Source: a virus
Taxonomy: Duplodnaviria > Caudoviricetes
Virus record (IMG/VR): IMGVR_UViG_3300020201_000020
Span: 1-60,060 of that record
Length of the DNA: 60,060 nucleotides
Strand: one strand, 5' to 3'
Shown here: positions 56,148 to 60,060 of the stretch, one piece after another
How positions within the stretch are numbered: the first letter of the stretch is position 1
Layout of the letters: every line of letters starts with the position of its first letter
Notes under the pieces: generated by a model
Databases searched by the model: none
Told to the model about the DNA's origin: nothing
The model's input: only the letters and a program-made list of their open reading frames with translations
Position numbers and translations under genes: made by a program

Positions 56148-58268
56148 ATGGCCATTAAAAAGACATTCAATGGTGCTGCGATCTTCAAGCCGGGAGCCTA
56201 CACTAAGATAGTCGTCGAGAATTTAACTGGGTTTCCTTTACAGGATACAGGCACAGTTGGAATCATCGGTGAAGCTGTCGGTGGTGAGCCTCACGTTCTT
56301 GATGTTGTAAGCAAAGAACAAATCCAAGCAGCTAAGACTCGTTATAAGTCAGGCCCTATTGCTGACGCTCTCGAGCTTTTAGTGAATGGATCAAAAGACC
56401 CTCGTATCGCAAACGGTGCGAGCAAGATCGTTATTTACAAAGTAAACAGCTCACTCCAGTCAGCTCTGATCCTTCAGAACGACAGCGCAGCAAGCATGTT
56501 GAACCTTGAATCTAAGAATTACGGTGCCGACGAGAATCAAGTTTCAGCACTTGTGTCTCAGGGAACTATTGCTGATTCTCAAGCTAAAATTGAAGGAACA
56601 ATTGACGGCCCATTCGTGGTTGCTGTCACTGATACTTTAAAGCTTTTAGTCAACGGTGCTCTTTACACTTATACCTGTTCACTAACTGGTTCTCAGTCTG
56701 CGGCTTTGTTGCTCGCTAACTTGAACACAGCTGGCAACTGGGCTCCTTCTAAGCCTGTAACATCTTCTCTTGTAGGTAACAGAATCAAGATTGAACTTGA
56801 TTCTGCAATCGCTAAGAAAGACTACGGCTACATTGAAGTGGATGTGACTTCTACTCTTGACACTATTCTTGGTATTTCTGGAGAACATCGTGGAGTCAAA
56901 GGCTCACGAATCTTCACATTCAAGAAAGGTCTTTCAGAAGAAATCCTTCCTGAAGCTGGCGGTCTTGGTGTTCTTGGCATCAAGTATGTTGGAGCTGGAA
57001 CGGCTGCGACTTTGACCATCCAGAGCACTCTAGGGGAACTAAGACTTCAGACGACTTGCACAGGTGCAGCGGCTGACGACCTTGACATTCTTCTAGTAGG
57101 AACGGACGGTCGGAACTATCACACAATCTCAAGCCTTAAAGATTTGATTGCTTCAAGCGCAAGCTACGAAGTTTCAGTTCTTAACGGTTCTGGAAGCAAC
57201 AACGCTTCTCAGTTGGATTTTTATTCAGCTATTGGGATCAAAGATGTTGCTCTCGCAGTTCACAGAGATCTTTCACTTTTTGAAAGCACAATTGATTCTC
57301 TTTCACAATTCGCTCAGGCGACCATTGTGTCTAACGCTTCTGGAGCCTTGGCTTCTTATGCGAACAGCAAGTTCTTTGCAGGAGCCTCTGACGGTTCTGC
57401 TTCTAACTTGGACTTCGTGAATGGCTTTGAAGCCTTCAAGGAAGAAAGACTCAATGTTGTGGTTCCTTTGATCTCTAAAGACATTGGTGCTCTGACAATT
57501 GATTCGATCAACGCTGCTTGTGTTGATCACGCTGCTTGGGGATGGTCAACGACTGGACGTTCAGAACGTCACGCTTTCCCTTCTAAGCTTGGAACTAAAG
57601 ATCAATTCAAAGCCGCATGTCGCTCTTTGAACTCTGGCTATGCTTCAGCAGTAGGTCAGCAAGTTCAGGTTCGTAACAATGTCGGTGATTTTGAGTGGAA
57701 AGATCCTTGGGCGTTCGCTTGTATTCTTGCTGGTATGAGATGTGGAGCCGAAGTAGGCGAGCCTCTTACTGCTAAGTTTATCAACGTGAACGGTCTTCGT
57801 GTTCTTGACGGTTCATGGAACCCTAGAAAAGACTTCAACGAAATGATCGAAGCAGGTTGTACTTTCGCTGAGCCAGTAGACGGCGGTGGATTTAAGGTCG
57901 TTGTTGGTAACACAACTTACGGGATCGACCCAAGCTTTGTATGGAACAGAGAATCAACAGTTCAGGCTGCTGGTTACGTTGCATACGATCTTCGGTTCAA
58001 TCTTGAATTGGAATTTACAGGACGTAAGGCAAGAACAGGTACAGCAGAAGCTATGGCGAACTTTATCAAGGCCAGAATGTCTCAGTACCTCGCTGCTGAA
58101 GTAATCGTTGGTGATGATCTGAACGGCGGTCTTGGCTACAGAGCTAAAGAGCTAAGAATTTCTGTTCAAGGAAACACGGCTTCGATTAACGTCTGTATCA
58201 CGCCGGTACAAGGAGTCGATTTCATTTTACCAACCATCTACCTTGCTGACATTCAGCAGTCAGCATAA
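56148..58268 (+). CDS. tail sheath protein
   Basis: FNG..IFKPGAY, IGEAVGGEP, GEPLTAKFIN, VVVGNTTY. Confidence 0.93.
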   Translation: MAIKKTFNGAAIFKPGAYTKIVVENLTGFPLQDTGTVGIIGEAVGGEPHVLDVVSKEQIQAAKTRYKSGPIADALELLVNGSKDPRIANGASKIVIYKVNSSLQSALILQNDSAASMLNLESKNYGADENQVSALVSQGTIADSQAKIEGTIDGPFVVAVTDTLKLLVNGALYTYTCSLTGSQSAALLLANLNTAGNWAPSKPVTSSLVGNRIKIELDSAIAKKDYGYIEVDVTSTLDTILGISGEHRGVKGSRIFTFKKGLSEEILPEAGGLGVLGIKYVGAGTAATLTIQSTLGELRLQTTCTGAAADDLDILLVGTDGRNYHTISSLKDLIASSASYEVSVLNGSGSNNASQLDFYSAIGIKDVALAVHRDLSLFESTIDSLSQFAQATIVSNASGALASYANSKFFAGASDGSASNLDFVNGFEAFKEERLNVVVPLISKDIGALTIDSINAACVDHAAWGWSTTGRSERHAFPSKLGTKDQFKAACRSLNSGYASAVGQQVQVRNNVGDFEWKDPWAFACILAGMRCGAEVGEPLTAKFINVNGLRVLDGSWNPRKDFNEMIEAGCTFAEPVDGGGFKVVVGNTTYGIDPSFVWNRESTVQAAGYVAYDLRFNLELEFTGRKARTGTAEAMANFIKARMSQYLAAEVIVGDDLNGGLGYRAKELRISVQGNTASINVCITPVQGVDFILPTIYLADIQQSA

Positions 58269-58278
58269 GGAGTAATTT

Positions 58279-58692
58279 ATGAGTCAGGTATTTACCGGTG
58301 CAAAGGCCATATTCAGAATAAACGGAATCCAGATTGCCTACGCTTCAAGCTGTAGCTTCAACGAAAATATCCAATTAGAAGAGATTAACGTCTTGGATAA
58401 TTTGGCAGTTCTTGAACACGCTGAAGTTGGTTATCGAGTTGATATGAGCTGTCAGAGTTTCCGTGTGCAGAACCAATCTGTTAAGCAGTTGGGGATCATG
58501 CAGAAGCTTGGATCTATCCTTACTCAAGGTGTGATGACGGCAGAAATCATTGACCGGGTTTCCGGTTCAGTGATTCTTCTCATGGAAGGCGTAAAGTTAG
58601 AAGCTCGTCAAACCCAGCTTGATGCTCGTGGTGTGGCAAGTGAGACTTGGTCATTCAAGGGAATCAAGTCTTCGGATGAAGCTGGACAGTGA
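58279..58692 (+). CDS. tail tube protein
   Basis: 137 aa after sheath; TGAKAIFRING, EHAEVGY. Confidence 0.88.
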   Translation: MSQVFTGAKAIFRINGIQIAYASSCSFNENIQLEEINVLDNLAVLEHAEVGYRVDMSCQSFRVQNQSVKQLGIMQKLGSILTQGVMTAEIIDRVSGSVILLMEGVKLEARQTQLDARGVASETWSFKGIKSSDEAGQ

Positions 58693-58707
58693 CAGTAAGC
58701 GTTAAAT

Positions 58708-58737
58708 AGGGAGGGCGAAAGCTCTCCCTTTATTATT
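58708..58737 (+). terminator. rho-independent terminator
   Basis: AGGGAGGGC-GAAA-GCTCTCCCT followed by TTATTATT. Confidence 0.8.
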
Positions 58738-58772
58738 AGGTTCTACATAGAACCAATTAGATTGGAGACATT

Positions 58773-59189
58773 ATGAATAGCAGTTACAAGCTCCCTAACA
58801 TGGAGCACAAGTTTAAAATCCAAGTTCTAGGCGAAGAGTCTAGGATTAACTGGGCAGGAGACTTCGTCTACCGTCGCCCTACCCTCTCAGAACGTGCCAT
58901 GATCGACGTAATGCGCTCGAAGCTTAATGGCGACCTACGAACTATAGACCCCGACACAAACGCCTACAACGAAGCCCTGTCACACCTACGCTTCACGTTA
59001 AAGGAATATCCTACGTGGTGGAAAGAATGTGACCTTGGTGGATCTCTTTATGATGGAAACGTCATCCTAGATATCTACGAGAAAGTTATGACGTTTGAGG
59101 CTTCTTGGAGAGAGAAGACTTTTGGAGAACCCAAGGGAGTGTCGGATGAGCTTCAGTCTACAGTCGCAGAAGCTTCTACGCCTATTTAG
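58773..59189 (+). CDS. tail assembly chaperone
   Basis: GDFVYRRPT, PTWW; position after tube. Confidence 0.7.
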   Translation: MNSSYKLPNMEHKFKIQVLGEESRINWAGDFVYRRPTLSERAMIDVMRSKLNGDLRTIDPDTNAYNEALSHLRFTLKEYPTWWKECDLGGSLYDGNVILDIYEKVMTFEASWREKTFGEPKGVSDELQSTVAEASTPI

Positions 59190-59655
59190 TGGCCAAGATC
59201 TTTCTAATGCGAACCTTCACTTAATAGCGATCTCAAACCTTCAAAGTCATGAAAGAAAAATGATGCGTTGGTGGTGCAAAAAATACCACCAACCATTAAA
59301 GCCTTTGATGGATCATACGATGGAGGAACTCATGATTGAATATCTTGAGGACTATTACGAAAAGAACCCAAGTGAAATTGGGAAAATTATGCTTGCCCAC
59401 AATGACGAGCCGGAGTGGGACGGTCGGATGTCGGTTGATCATGAAGTTGGAATGCAGAAAATATTCTCCAAGAAGAAACAAATCGATCTATCTAATTTCA
59501 AATCCGATGAAGAGCTAACACCGGAACAAGAAGAAGACATACTCATGAGCCTTGGAAGAAATCTCCCACCTCGTCAGATTGTGCTTGAAAAGAAAGATGG
59601 TGTTAATGTTTTAGGTGATGAAGAGTTTGACGAAGCATTTGGAGATGATAAATGA
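59146..59655 (+). CDS. tail assembly chaperone 2
   Basis: RWWCKKYH.P...EYLED; AAGGGAG SD. Confidence 0.65.
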   Translation: MSFSLQSQKLLRLFSGQDLSNANLHLIAISNLQSHERKMMRWWCKKYHQPLKPLMDHTMEELMIEYLEDYYEKNPSEIGKIMLAHNDEPEWDGRMSVDHEVGMQKIFSKKKQIDLSNFKSDEELTPEQEEDILMSLGRNLPPRQIVLEKKDGVNVLGDEEFDEAFGDDK

Positions 59656-60060
59656 AGCAAGCTAAGATTCAACTAACCGCAGACACTCGTGGCTTTAAAA
59701 AGCAGATCGACGATGCGAAGGCGATGCTTAAAACGATTGGAGATGCAAACATCTCCACAGTAGCAGGCGACAAGCTAAAGAAAATTTACGGCGTTCAGCT
59801 TGGTGGAGCTTTAAAACAACTCAATAAAGAAATTAAAAATACTCAAAAAACCTTAGAGACTATGTCGAATGCTAGTTCTAAAAGTTTTGATGCTGCAAAA
59901 ATTGTTACCTATACCAATAAGCTCGATGGTCTTTTAAAGAAGGCCAAAGAAGTAAAAGCGGTTCAGGAACAAATCGCTAGTGGTAAAGCTCCTGAAATGC
60001 CTGACGCTGGCGGTGGCGGTGGTCGTGGGATGCTTGGTGGGGCAGGACGTATTCTCGCAG
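59652..60060 (+). CDS. tape measure protein (5' part, runs off the window)
   Basis: MKQAKIQLTADTRGF; helical; open to the window end. Confidence 0.75.
   Translation, partial: MKQAKIQLTADTRGFKKQIDDAKAMLKTIGDANISTVAGDKLKKIYGVQLGGALKQLNKEIKNTQKTLETMSNASSKSFDAAKIVTYTNKLDGLLKKAKEVKAVQEQIASGKAPEMPDAGGGGGRGMLGGAGRILA

Noticed and set aside
58773-59655. Programmed G/GT-type frameshift between the tail chaperones
   Set aside because: The second ORF is in the +1 frame, has its own AAGGGAG-ATG start, and I see no canonical slippery heptamer
1-60060. Minus-strand ORFs in the track (e.g. 2738-3616, 5202-5903, 21982-22416)
   Set aside because: Antisense shadows of well-supported + strand genes, with no recognisable motifs
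1-60060. CRISPR array, tRNA, rRNA or group I intron
   Set aside because: No regularly spaced repeats or cloverleaf seen; intergenic gaps are short and core genes are uninterrupted apart from inteins. tRNAscan and Infernal were not run.
1-60060. Stop-codon reassignment
   Set aside because: TAA, TAG and TGA all end full-length conserved genes, and coding density is high under the standard code

Overview
This 60 kb window is part of a large contractile-tailed dsDNA phage with a Herelleviridae/SPO1/Twort-like structural gene order; essentially all genes are on the + strand. (1) 1-14.9 kb is a replication/recombination module: DnaE-type polymerase, UvsY-like protein, gp32-like SSB, RecA, Mre11/SbcD, Rad50/SbcC and a RecU-like resolvase. 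DnaE, RecA and SbcC each carry an intein, and there is a free-standing HNH gene. (2) 14.9-27.9 kb is an accessory region of small ORFs, with ParB-Dcm-ParB, a direct-repeat-flanked PAPS-reductase-family gene and a trigger-factor-like FKBP domain. (3) 27.9-32 kb holds fibre/decoration-like virion genes, followed by a foreign terS-methyltransferase-terL' block that replaces the middle of a permuted-papain gene. (4) The rest is TerL, a cold-shock protein, a sigma factor, portal, large putative head-packaged proteins (one NUDIX/GNAT-like), MuF, prohead protease, scaffold, major capsid, neck, sheath, tube, chaperones and the start of the tape measure. The most unusual signals are a C-terminal F-x3-[LI]-x2-[LI] tail shared by about 13 unrelated small proteins (and nearly by the SSB), a cluster of apparently protease-processed head-packaged effectors, and three apparently independent captures of DNA-modification genes. 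All family calls come from motif recognition by eye; no database searches were run.
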